Positions 32,011 through 41,242 are shown, counted from the first letter of the stretch. The stretch: DNA of 64,000 nucleotides from an uncultured delta proteobacterium (GCA_963745835.1 CAVUZH010000024.1:96001-160000), one strand, 5' to 3'. Made by a program: numbers and translations. Notes: generated by a model from the letters alone, not told the origin.

Positions 32011-32375
32011 CCCTATCTTGCACCTGGCGGTCCGACGTCCTCGCCGGGCGCGGGCCGCCGCGCAGAGGTAGTCGGTTCAAACGACAGCCGGCAGCCTTCG
32101 AACGTTTGTTGTGAATTTTTCTTTGGACGTTGGTCTTCTATACCCTTTGGGGCCGCAACCTTCGTACCATTAGAGAATCAAAAAACTTATTGCGCGGCGG
32201 CTCAAGTCTCCTGGATAGGTCGTGGATTGTACCGGAATAACGACATTACGATCGGAGTTGTTGCGGCTTCAAGACATTGAGATAGTTAGCAGAATACAAA
32301 TTAGACTGTTATCGACACTCCACTCCTCTGTTCGAACCTGCTATGCTCAGCCAATAATTAATAAATGGAGGACTT

Positions 32376-33188
32376 ATGAACGCATCGTATTTCGCGCGAG
32401 TATTAATATTGTCTATGTGCGTCGCCCTGGTCGGCGCCTCCGGGGCGGCACAAGCGCAGCCGGCGAAAAGCTATGAGCCCCAGGTCGGCCAAGAAGGCAA
32501 GGATGTGGTCTGGGTGCCAACGCCTCAGGCTCTGGTAGACAAGATGCTCGATATGGCAAAAGTAACTCCTAAAGACTTCGTCATCGATCTGGGTTCGGGC
32601 GATGGTCGCACTGTCATAACAGCGGCTAAACGCGGCGGCAAGGCTCACGGCATCGAATACAATCCGGATATGGTCGAACTAGCCAAGCGCAATGCCGCCA
32701 AAGAAGGCGTCAGCGACCAAGCCACCTTTGCTAAGGCGGACTTATTCGAAAGCGATTTCTCGCAAGCTCAGGTGATCACGATGTTTCTCCTGTCGAGCAT
32801 CAATATGAAGCTGCGCCCTAAGATTCTCGATCTAAAACCGGGTACGCGCATCGTTTCGAATACTTTCGATATGGGAGAATGGAAGGCGGATGAAACGGGC
32901 AGGGCCGACGATTGCAACGGTTATTGCACGGCTTACCTGTGGATCGTGCCGGCGAAGGTAGACGGAACGTGGAAGCTGCCCAATGGCGAGCTGACGCTTA
33001 AACAAACTTTTCAGATGATCAGCGGCACTCTAAAATCCGGCAACGTCGTCACACCGGTCAACGGCAAACTAAACGGCGAGGAGATTACCTTCACTGCCGG
33101 TGAGGGACAGTACAACGGGCGGGTTAACGGCAACTCGATGGAGGGATCGCTAAAATCCGGCGGCAAATGGAGCGCCACGAAGCGGTAA
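32376..33188 (+). CDS. Class I SAM-dependent methyltransferase with signal peptide, copy 1
   Basis: DVVWVPTP, motif I DLGSGDGR, GIEYNP; signal ending AQA; GGAGG RBS. Confidence 0.9.
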   Translation: MNASYFARVLILSMCVALVGASGAAQAQPAKSYEPQVGQEGKDVVWVPTPQALVDKMLDMAKVTPKDFVIDLGSGDGRTVITAAKRGGKAHGIEYNPDMVELAKRNAAKEGVSDQATFAKADLFESDFSQAQVITMFLLSSINMKLRPKILDLKPGTRIVSNTFDMGEWKADETGRADDCNGYCTAYLWIVPAKVDGTWKLPNGELTLKQTFQMISGTLKSGNVVTPVNGKLNGEEITFTAGEGQYNGRVNGNSMEGSLKSGGKWSATKR

Positions 33189-34315
33189 ATCGTGACAAGA
33201 CTTCTTGGAGTAGATCATTTCGCTGACGCCGACTTGAAGCACCGCATTCTGCTTGTCGCTTCAGTCCGGTACCCGCGCGCCGGCATCTCAACAGCTCACA
33301 AAAACGCGGCCCAAGGCATTATGACTTGGGCCTTAGTTTCTCTCGCTCCTTGGTCGAATGACACAAACAACCCATCCAACTCCTTGGCACCGCCTAGGAG
33401 CGCCAAGTTATCGTGCTCTTCCTTTCTGGACAATTGCGCATCGCTAAGGTATGGATTGAACGTTTCGTCTGCTCTATTCACCGGCCGATACTGCCAGTAT
33501 CACCGATCTCGGAGGGTTAGATGATTGTATCGCGTTTAGCTAGCATTTTATCATTGGCGCTTAGCCTTTCTCTAATTACCGCAATCGGATTTGCTCAGCC
33601 GGCAAAGCAATACGAACCGCAGGTCGGCCAAGAAGGTAAGGACGTGGTCTGGGTGCCAACGCCTCAGGCTCTGGTAGAAAAAATGCTCGACATGGCAGAA
33701 GTCACCGCCAAAGATTATGTCATCGATTTGGGTTCGGGTGATGGCCGCACTGTAATTACGGCAGCTAAACGCGGCGCCAAGGCCCACGGCATCGAATACA
33801 ATCCGGACATGGTCGAGCTCGCCAAGCGCAATGCCGCCAAAGAAGGTGTCAGCGATCGAGCCACCTTTGCTAAGGCGGACTTGTTCGAAAGCGATTTCTC
33901 GCAAGCTCAGGTGATCACCATGTTCCTCCTGCCCAGTATCAATCTCAAACTTCGTCCCAAGATCCTCGATTTAAAACCGGGCACGCGCATTGTTTCGAAT
34001 TCTTTTGATATGGAAGAATGGAAGCCTGACGAAACCGCCAACGCGGAAGGATGCAGCAACTGGTGCACAGCCTACCTTTGGATCGTGCCGGCGAAAGTAA
34101 ACGGAACGTGGAAGCTGCCTAATGGCGAGCTGACGCTTAAACAAACCTTTCAGATGATCAGCGGCACTCTAAAATCCGGCAACGTCGCCACACCGGTCAA
34201 CGGCAAACTAAACGGCGACGAGATTACCTTCACTGCCGGTGAGGGACAATACAACGGGCGGGTTAACGGCAACTCGATGGACGGATCGCTAAAATCCGGC
34301 GGCAAATGGAGCGCT
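32450..34315 (+). repeat. Tandem gene duplication (about 32450-33176 vs 33595-34315)
   Basis: Mature coding regions are highly similar at DNA level; the last ~235 nt differ at about 8 positions by eye. Confidence 0.9.
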
Positions 34316-34333
34316 ATGCGGGCCGGTAGGTAA
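33521..34333 (+). CDS. Class I SAM-dependent methyltransferase with signal peptide, copy 2
   Basis: Same motifs and same 270 aa length as copy 1; signal ending GFA; GGAGG RBS. Confidence 0.9.
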   Translation: MIVSRLASILSLALSLSLITAIGFAQPAKQYEPQVGQEGKDVVWVPTPQALVEKMLDMAEVTAKDYVIDLGSGDGRTVITAAKRGAKAHGIEYNPDMVELAKRNAAKEGVSDRATFAKADLFESDFSQAQVITMFLLPSINLKLRPKILDLKPGTRIVSNSFDMEEWKPDETANAEGCSNWCTAYLWIVPAKVNGTWKLPNGELTLKQTFQMISGTLKSGNVATPVNGKLNGDEITFTAGEGQYNGRVNGNSMDGSLKSGGKWSAMRAGR

Positions 34334-34545
34334 GATATAGCTGGTCGTTAGCTGGTCAAAATCAACTTGGTTGCGAGTTGCCGCAGGACTGAGAAAGCCG
34401 TGTTAGGTGAGGCAGCTGTCCATCACAATTGCCGCCTTCGCCGCCAAACGGCAGTCCACTAGACAAGCGACAGCACCTCACACCCATGCATGGGCGGGAA
34501 GGCTTTCCCGCTACTAATTTGATTTCTTGCACTTCGGAGATGTGC

Positions 34546-34572
34546 GGCTCCGGTCATCGACCGGAGCCTTTA
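34546..34572 (+). terminator. Intrinsic terminator
   Basis: Perfect 10-bp stem GGCTCCGGTC-atc-GACCGGAGCC followed by TTTT, between convergent genes. Confidence 0.7.
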
Positions 34573-34616
34573 CCTACATCGCGTATTGGAAAAGATTGAA
34601 CAACGATTTGATGCGA

Positions 34617-35003
34617 TCAGGCCGCAAGCCGATGCGAGCTACCGTTTCTAACCTTCTGGTATTTACCTCTTTCTAATCGCTTGACTCTTCCCTCCTTTGC
34701 CCATCTGGAAAGCGCCAGTCGAAGGTAAACCGATGGTTTTTTGGTGCGCGTCGCCGCCTTGATAAATTCCTTGCTGGTAAATGTTTCGGGCAGCCCGCCT
34801 AGCACCCCGGCGAGATCTGTTTTTCCGCGCGGTCGACCTTTTCTTCTCGCATTCCTATTGTGATCATCACGCAGCAGAGTCAGGACGGACTCATAGCGCT
34901 TCAACTCTTTCTCCAAGTCGGCTACCTCGAGAGCCTTTTCAGAGATTGCCACCTTGAGTTCATTTATATTTTCCATAACCGCGGCTTCGAGATTTACTGA
35001 CAT
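34617..35003 (-). CDS. Hypothetical basic DNA-binding protein (coiled coil, AT-hook-like motif, wHTH-like C-terminus)
   Basis: AGGAGGT RBS before ATG 35003; LEVADLEKELKRYESVL; RRKGRPRG; LSRWAKEGRVKRLERGKY. Confidence 0.75.
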   Translation of the reverse strand: MSVNLEAAVMENINELKVAISEKALEVADLEKELKRYESVLTLLRDDHNRNARRKGRPRGKTDLAGVLGGLPETFTSKEFIKAATRTKKPSVYLRLALSRWAKEGRVKRLERGKYQKVRNGSSHRLAA

Positions 35004-35271
35004 AACACGATACCTCCTGGCTGAAGAGTATGTAATCTGGCGTCTCAACTCAAGATGGCTTCAATATAAAATCGCTTTATTTGTAATATTTCCTGGATGC
35101 GGATCAGTGATAGCATTGCGTCTACTCAGAGTTTGTAGCGGGGACGCTACAAACAAAGAATGGCACACTTGAGATCAAATTTTGCAGCGGTGAAAACATC
35201 GCGAATGCTCGGCGCGCCAGAGATAGCATCAGCTCATAGTGTATAATTAAGCCGGATTAAACAGGTGGACG

Positions 35272-36297
35272 TTACACGCCGCCGAATCCTTCATCCTGCG
35301 CTTCAGCCAACAACCAGGGATCTTTGACTTCAGTGCTTGGGCCTCTGCCGCTAAGAACATTGACAACTTCGCGCGCCGCATGTGTCTGGCAATCAATGTA
35401 GGACTCATCGGAGTTCGCAGCGGTGTGACATGTTACGATTACATTTGAAAGGGTAAGAATCTTGTGGTCCGCCGGCAACGGTTCCGGTTCGGTAACGTCT
35501 AGGGCCGCTCCGGCCAATTCTCCAGCCACCAGCGCTTCATACAAACCCTCAGTGTCGACCAGACCGCCGCGCGCGCAATTGATCAAGTAGGCGGTTTTTT
35601 TCATGGCTTTGAACTGGGGCGCGCTAAACATTTTGCGGGTTTGTCTCGTGAGAGGCGCATGAAGGCTGATGAAGTCCGATGTTGCAACCAGCTCATCAAA
35701 CGACACCAGCTTTACGCCGAGCGACTGGGCAACTTTAGAATCCAGATACGGATCGACCGCTTGTACATTCAGCCTCATTCCTTGGGCTCGCGGCGCCACT
35801 TGCCGCCCGACATGGCCGAGCCCGACGATCCCCAGCGTGCGCCCCTGAATGCGATAAACCCGCCCGCGATAGGCATGCAGTTCGGCAGTATGCCGCCGCC
35901 ATTTACCGTCGCGCACGTACTGATTCATGCGCACGAGCTTTCTCGAGATAGCGATCAGTAGTCCGATCGTCTGTTCCGATACTTCGATGGAATTGCAGCC
36001 GGCCGCATTGCAGATAATCATGCCGTGATCGGAAGCTGCTTTAAGATCCATTCGATCGACTCCGACACCGGTGCGGCAGATAACTTTACAACGCTTGAGT
36101 TGTGAAATGATCTCTCTTGTTAGCGGCACCGAACCATGCATGATGATGCCATCGGCATCCTTGCCCATTTCGACCACCTCGGCGTCGTCGGTCGGTCGCC
36201 TGATCGTCATATCGGCATCGATTTCCGCCAGGATCGGCTTGATCAGCTCCACCGGCACATCATTGCTGCCAAAATAAACCACATGAAATTTGCCCAT
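35272..36297 (-). CDS. D-isomer-specific 2-hydroxyacid dehydrogenase (CtBP/SerA-like)
   Basis: GVGVDRMD, GIVGLGHVG, LINCARGG, AALDVTEPEP; GGAGG RBS. Confidence 0.9.
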   Translation of the reverse strand: MGKFHVVYFGSNDVPVELIKPILAEIDADMTIRRPTDDAEVVEMGKDADGIIMHGSVPLTREIISQLKRCKVICRTGVGVDRMDLKAASDHGMIICNAAGCNSIEVSEQTIGLLIAISRKLVRMNQYVRDGKWRRHTAELHAYRGRVYRIQGRTLGIVGLGHVGRQVAPRAQGMRLNVQAVDPYLDSKVAQSLGVKLVSFDELVATSDFISLHAPLTRQTRKMFSAPQFKAMKKTAYLINCARGGLVDTEGLYEALVAGELAGAALDVTEPEPLPADHKILTLSNVIVTCHTAANSDESYIDCQTHAAREVVNVLSGRGPSTEVKDPWLLAEAQDEGFGGV

Positions 36298-36484
36298 CTC
36301 AAACCTCCATTTCATACGAACAGATCGGATTAAACATAAAATTTGCGGCGCGTCTCAGCGCAGTATTCGCGAAATTGCCGGTGCCGACGCTATGCGCCTA
36401 ATCAATAGAAACGGTCCAGATCCGCGCCGGGACTTCCACGATCGCGAGTTCTCCGCCGTCGGAACATTCTGAATGTTCTGATTC

Positions 36485-36600
36485 CAGGCTGTACGAAGGC
36501 TCAGACGCAAGGCCCGCAATTGATCAGAGCGGCGGCGTACTTGCTGATTACTTACTCGCAAAGGCAAGTGACGGAGCGTGCGAGTCTTTTCGACAGGCCG
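36485..36600. repeat. Degenerate palindromic MITE/REP-like element
   Basis: Imperfect terminal inverted repeats CAGGCTGTACGAAGGCTC vs reverse complement CGGCCTGTCGAAAAGACTC; abuts the CTAG that contains the amidohydrolase stop codon. Confidence 0.4.
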
Positions 36601-37704
36601 CTAGTGTGCCACCTTCATGCCGAACAGCTTCATGGCGTTGCCGCCGAGAATCTTATCTTTGTCTCTATCGCTCAAGCCGCGCATCGCTCTGATCGGCGCG
36701 ACCGTTCTAGGCCAGGTCGAGATCGCGTCGCCATGATCGAAATCGCTGCCGATGATGATGTTGTGATCGGGCCAAATTTCCACGATTTTCGGCAGATAAT
36801 CTTCCCAGGCGATGGCCGCGACATACAGCTGTTCGAAGTAAGCGCTCGGTTCTTTCTTCAAGCGATCCCTGCCTTTGAAGAAATCGTTCACCGATGTCGT
36901 CCCCGGCGACTCGGACAACGTGTGATGATTCAGCGTCTTCATTAGCCACGGCACCCAACCAATGCCGCCTTCGAAAAAGGCAAACCGCAAGTTTGGAAAT
37001 CTATCCAGCGTACCGCTCATGATAAGTCGCGCCGCGCTCACCATATAAGTCAGCGGAAACCCGAGCGCAGTGGCGAGCATTTTAAAACCATCATAGCGTT
37101 CGCTGCCGACCAGCCAGGGGTGACAGTCCTGGGCTTCGAAGATGCGCGTTCCCGGATGAACCAGAACCGGCACATCCAGCTTGCAGACCGCTTCGTAAAA
37201 AGGCCAGAGCACCTCGGCGTCGAGATCGCAGTTTTGATGACCACCCATCAATTTTACGCCTTTGAAGCCGAGTTCCGTCACAGAGCGCGTCAGTTCACGC
37301 ACAGCTTCAGCGACGTCAGGCAAATACACCCAGGAGATTGGGATGAATCGTTCGCTGCCGCCAATATCCTCGGCAACCGTATTGTTATAGGCGCGCGCCA
37401 TGGCATTGCCCAGAGACGGCTCCACTTCATAGATGAGCGGCCGGTTGTCAGGAATTACCACCTGGTAATCGAAACCTTCGCGTTCCATCACATCGTGGCG
37501 GATCTCCAGGTTCCAGCGAGTTTCGCTGAAAGAATGAATCTTCTTGCCGTCGCGGTAGTAGGTCGCGGCATCGCCGGGAAATTTCTCGCCATAGCGGATC
37601 ATTTCACCGGCGCCTTTTTTAAGCTCAACGTGCCCTCGGCCGGGATGATCGACTCGTTCGATAAAGCGCACCGGCCAATAATGGGTATCGCCATCGATAT
37701 ACAT
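36601..37704 (-). CDS. Amidohydrolase-2 family metal-dependent decarboxylase/hydratase
   Basis: IDGDTH, LGFKGV, PVLVHPG, DRFPNLRFAFFEGGIGWVP, GSDFDHGD. Confidence 0.88.
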   Translation of the reverse strand: MYIDGDTHYWPVRFIERVDHPGRGHVELKKGAGEMIRYGEKFPGDAATYYRDGKKIHSFSETRWNLEIRHDVMEREGFDYQVVIPDNRPLIYEVEPSLGNAMARAYNNTVAEDIGGSERFIPISWVYLPDVAEAVRELTRSVTELGFKGVKLMGGHQNCDLDAEVLWPFYEAVCKLDVPVLVHPGTRIFEAQDCHPWLVGSERYDGFKMLATALGFPLTYMVSAARLIMSGTLDRFPNLRFAFFEGGIGWVPWLMKTLNHHTLSESPGTTSVNDFFKGRDRLKKEPSAYFEQLYVAAIAWEDYLPKIVEIWPDHNIIIGSDFDHGDAISTWPRTVAPIRAMRGLSDRDKDKILGGNAMKLFGMKVAH

Positions 37705-37864
37705 TTTTACCTCATTAGAAATTTTGAATCACAGGCCGGATCTTATTTGTAAGGCGATGTGAGGTCAACCAGTGCGATAACCAGATGATCTATGGATCTG
37801 CGCATAAGTTCCTTTGGCGAGACGCCTTTGACAGTCAGGCTCAAGTTCTAGTAACGGTTGGATC

Positions 37865-38815
37865 ATGGCAAAAACCAAAATCACTTTGGCATTGGGTTCT
37901 TACGACCGCCACGCGCCGCTGCTGGAAGGTTGTATTCAGCACCCGCAATTCGATGGGCAATATGTCGAACTCGACCCGCAGCAGGGGCGGCACGAGCGCT
38001 TCCTGCAAAATTTTGAATTCGATGCTGCTGAACTGTCGCTGTCTTCCTATCTGATTGCCGTCGACCGAGGAATGCCGGTCCATGCCGTGCCGATTTTTCC
38101 AAGGCGCTTGTTCAGCCAGTCGCAAATGTATAAGAACGTTCACTGTCACATCGACTCGCCCATGGATCTGGCCGACAAGAGGATTGCTCTGAGCGGATAT
38201 CAAAATACCCTCGCCGTGCGAGCAAAAGGCGACCTGAGCCGTTTTTATGGCGTGCCGCGCACAACCGTAACCTGGATAACTCCAGGCAAAGAGGTGCTGG
38301 ATCTAGAGTTGCCGGGCGATGTCAAACTCGAAACCCGGAACAGCATGGATCAGATCGAAGCCGAGTTCGTCCAAGGCAAAATCCATGCAATGTTTGTCTC
38401 CCGTCTGCCGAAAGTTTTTCGCGAAGGAAACCCAAATGTCGCTCGCTTGTTCAGTGACCCGCAGGCGGAGGAGGAGCGCTACTTGGAGGCCGAGGGTTAT
38501 TTTCCGATCATGCACGTGCTGGCATTCCGAAAACAACTGGCGCAACGAGAGCCGGAACTGCCTAAAGCTCTTTACGACATTTTTGAGCAGGCCCGACTTA
38601 AGGCGCTAAAGCGGTGGGCCGATCCTAATTGGTCAATGGTGATGTGGGGCAGGTGCGAACTGGAGCGGCAAGAGACGCTTTGCAACTTCGATCCTTGGCG
38701 CAATGGGCTTGAAGCAAATCGAAAAAACATCGAGAGGTTCGCCCTGTATAGTTACGAGCAGGGACTAACAAAGCGCCAATTAACGCCGGAAGAGTTATTC
38801 GTGGCGATTGAATGA
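37865..38815 (+). CDS. 4,5-dihydroxyphthalate decarboxylase-like protein (PBP2 fold)
   Basis: LALGSYDR, EFDAAELSLSSY, PIFPRRLF, FPIMH, DPWRNGLEANRK, YSYEQGL..LTPEELF; no signal peptide. Confidence 0.82.
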   Translation: MAKTKITLALGSYDRHAPLLEGCIQHPQFDGQYVELDPQQGRHERFLQNFEFDAAELSLSSYLIAVDRGMPVHAVPIFPRRLFSQSQMYKNVHCHIDSPMDLADKRIALSGYQNTLAVRAKGDLSRFYGVPRTTVTWITPGKEVLDLELPGDVKLETRNSMDQIEAEFVQGKIHAMFVSRLPKVFREGNPNVARLFSDPQAEEERYLEAEGYFPIMHVLAFRKQLAQREPELPKALYDIFEQARLKALKRWADPNWSMVMWGRCELERQETLCNFDPWRNGLEANRKNIERFALYSYEQGLTKRQLTPEELFVAIE

Positions 38816-39008
38816 AGTCGGTGCCAATGTCACGACAGGGTTCGATCAGCGGCCGAGCTTAGACAGTTATCTTCCTCGTATCGGATGATGAAGCAGCAAC
38901 GATTGATCAGCGCAAGTTCTTTAGGCTAACAGAATGGATGTCCGGAATCTCAAAAAATTTTATCGACATCAACCGCTGATCCGTTCCACTATCGTTCGCG
39001 TCGCATCA

Positions 39009-39854
39009 CTATACGGCTCCGGCTGAGAATGTATCGCATTGGTCGAGATCTCGACTCTCGAGGCCGCGACGAAACCATCGCACACGTTGCCCCGCGCTGC
39101 CGTGAGTAAAGCCCTCCGGCACTACGTAACCTTGACTGCGTTTTTGAATTCGGTCATCACCGATCTGCGCGGCTGCATTCAGACCCTCCTCGATGTCTCC
39201 CTCCTCGAGAATCTTCCGATCCCGGTTCGCCGTGCCCGCCCAGATCCCGGCAAGGCAGTCGGCTTGAAGTTCCACCCGCACTGAAATGGCGTTCGCTTGG
39301 GCGCGGCTCGAGCGGCTCTGCAACTCGCCTGTCTTTCTCATGACACCGAGTTGATTTTGCACATGATGACCGATTTCGTGGGCAATGACATAGGCCTGCG
39401 CGAAATCTCCCGGCGCTTTGAAACGGTCGCGCAGCTCGCGAAAGAATTCCAGATCGATGTAAACCCTCCTGTCCTGCGGGCAATAAAATGGTCCGGAAGC
39501 TGATTGGGCAAACCCACAAGCAGACTCGACGGCGCCGGAAAAAAGCACCAACTTGGGCTCCTGATATTCTTGGCCATGCCGGCGGAAGATTTCTCCCCAG
39601 GTGCGTTCGGTGCTGGCAAGCACACTCGAAACAAACTGACCCATTTCATCGTTAGCGCCTTGTTGCGGAGCTTGTTGGGACGGCGGTGCGCTATCGATGT
39701 TTCCTTGCAGTAACACGCTGGGATCAATGCCGAAGAATAGGCCGATCAGGACGATAGCGATTGTGCCGATCCCGCCACCGGCCAACCCCCGGGACACTCG
39801 CATCCCGCGGCGGTCTTCAACGTTTGTGCTTTGGCCTTCTTGATCGAGTCGCAT
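39009..39854 (-). CDS. YpfJ-like neutral zinc metallopeptidase
   Basis: NVEDRRG, SACG..GPFYCP, AHEIGHHVQ, ELQADC, FTHGS. Confidence 0.93.
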   Translation of the reverse strand: MRLDQEGQSTNVEDRRGMRVSRGLAGGGIGTIAIVLIGLFFGIDPSVLLQGNIDSAPPSQQAPQQGANDEMGQFVSSVLASTERTWGEIFRRHGQEYQEPKLVLFSGAVESACGFAQSASGPFYCPQDRRVYIDLEFFRELRDRFKAPGDFAQAYVIAHEIGHHVQNQLGVMRKTGELQSRSSRAQANAISVRVELQADCLAGIWAGTANRDRKILEEGDIEEGLNAAAQIGDDRIQKRSQGYVVPEGFTHGSAGQRVRWFRRGLESRDLDQCDTFSAGAV

Positions 39855-40096
39855 ACAAACTCCTTGGCGGTAAACTTTAGAAGGGTTACCGCCTGCACCA
39901 GTAGTCTTCTCGAGAGATTAAGTGTGTCGATAGGCAACTTTCATACCATGAGATGCTCAGATTCCCGCCTAGCGAATAATTCCTCTTATCGAGATCTTGC
40001 CCAATCGTCTACAGCATCTGTGTCTCAGGAATCGGACGGAACTTTCGGTCGCTAGTGGTCGGTTAGTTGTGGATACGCCTTGCGCCATTTTTCTAC

Positions 40097-41092
40097 TTAC
40101 TTGAGTTCCTTAGAGCGCATATATGGCTTTGGATCAAAGGCGCTTTCAGGCGGATCTTTTTGCGCGCCGCCGTGCGCCTTGACAATCTCATGCATACGTT
40201 TCAGCGATGTTATGTCTTGGGGCTCGAAAGAGGCCATATACGCGCCGTCCCACTGGCTGGCATATGCAGTGGCGTCTTTGCTATCCATGTTGGCGACTTT
40301 CTGAAGTATCTCGGCAACACGGGATTTGTTTTTGGATCCATATTCGACGGTTTTCCTCATCGCCACGATAAACTTCGCTACCGCCTCGGCATTCTTCGCC
40401 AGGTAATCGCTGTACACGATGGTGACGCCCAGAATTGGCGCGGCGCTGCTCTTGGTGAGCTTTTTCCATTCATCGACGATACTCGCGAGACGGCGCAACT
40501 TGGTTTCCTCCATCTGTGCAATCGTCACCGATCGGATGATTGCCGCGTCGATTTCCTTTTGCGTCAAGAACTGCGCCAGCCGCGCTTCATTGCCCGGTGC
40601 GACGCTGTATTCCTTCGATTTGATGCCGTAGTTCTGATCGAGAATCGCGCTGCTAATGGCGTGAGTTGCGCTGCCGGGCGGCGACATACCGATTTTCTTC
40701 CCCTTAAGATCGGCAGCCGTTTTAATCGGCGCGCCTTCGAGCACGACCATCTGCGCCTCGGCGATCTGTGTCGCCAATACGATCTTCACCGGCACGCCGT
40801 CAGCGGCGATGCCGATGGAATTGGTCGAGGGCGCGGCAAAGGCAAGGTCGATGGCATTGGAAACGATCGCGCGAGTAGGTCCGTTAACTTCGGCAAACTT
40901 CACCCATTCAACATCGAGCGCCTCTTTCTCCGCCAATTTCATTTGCTCCAAAACTGCGCCGAATCCCAGGCTGAATCCGCTGGTCCAATAACCAACTTTA
41001 ATTTTTTGCGCGAACAGCTGGCATGGCATGAAAGCCACGGCCGCGAGGACAAGTCCAGCAGCTGCGCGCCTAGCTATTTTCCCGACTCTCAC
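40097..41092 (-). CDS. ABC transporter substrate-binding protein (SsuA/TauA/NMT1 family)
   Basis: Signal peptide, DLKGKKIG..PGSATH; in operon with ATPase and permease. Confidence 0.88.
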   Translation of the reverse strand: MRVGKIARRAAAGLVLAAVAFMPCQLFAQKIKVGYWTSGFSLGFGAVLEQMKLAEKEALDVEWVKFAEVNGPTRAIVSNAIDLAFAAPSTNSIGIAADGVPVKIVLATQIAEAQMVVLEGAPIKTAADLKGKKIGMSPPGSATHAISSAILDQNYGIKSKEYSVAPGNEARLAQFLTQKEIDAAIIRSVTIAQMEETKLRRLASIVDEWKKLTKSSAAPILGVTIVYSDYLAKNAEAVAKFIVAMRKTVEYGSKNKSRVAEILQKVANMDSKDATAYASQWDGAYMASFEPQDITSLKRMHEIVKAHGGAQKDPPESAFDPKPYMRSKELK

Positions 41093-41139
41093 GTTTACCT
41101 CCCTTTTTCTGGGGAGCAGGCTCGACCGCTCCCTTCCGG

Positions 41140-41242
41140 TCGCTATTCAACAGTTCCACCGCTCGCGCTGCTCGCTATTCAACGGTGCGGAACTTGACGT
41201 TGAACGTTTGAATACGCCGGACGCCCTGTTGGACGGTTGAAC
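41140..41242. repeat. Intergenic imperfect palindrome with internal direct repeats (REP-like)
   Basis: TCGCTATTCAAC at 41140 and 41172, followed by complementary GTTGAACGTTTGAATA and GGTTGAAC. Confidence 0.5.

Noticed and set aside
34400-34415. GTTAGGTGAGGC matches the start of the M-box (ykoK) Mg2+ riboswitch
   Set aside because: The downstream conserved blocks (CTGCCC..AAATGTC, GACGCCAATGGGT) are absent and no gene follows on that strand.
40067-41197. 376-aa plus-strand ORF and other long shadow ORFs (46894-47712, 52200-52892, 53370-54098, 37120-37752)
   Set aside because: They are antisense to well-supported genes, carry no motifs, and are expected from codon bias at this GC content.
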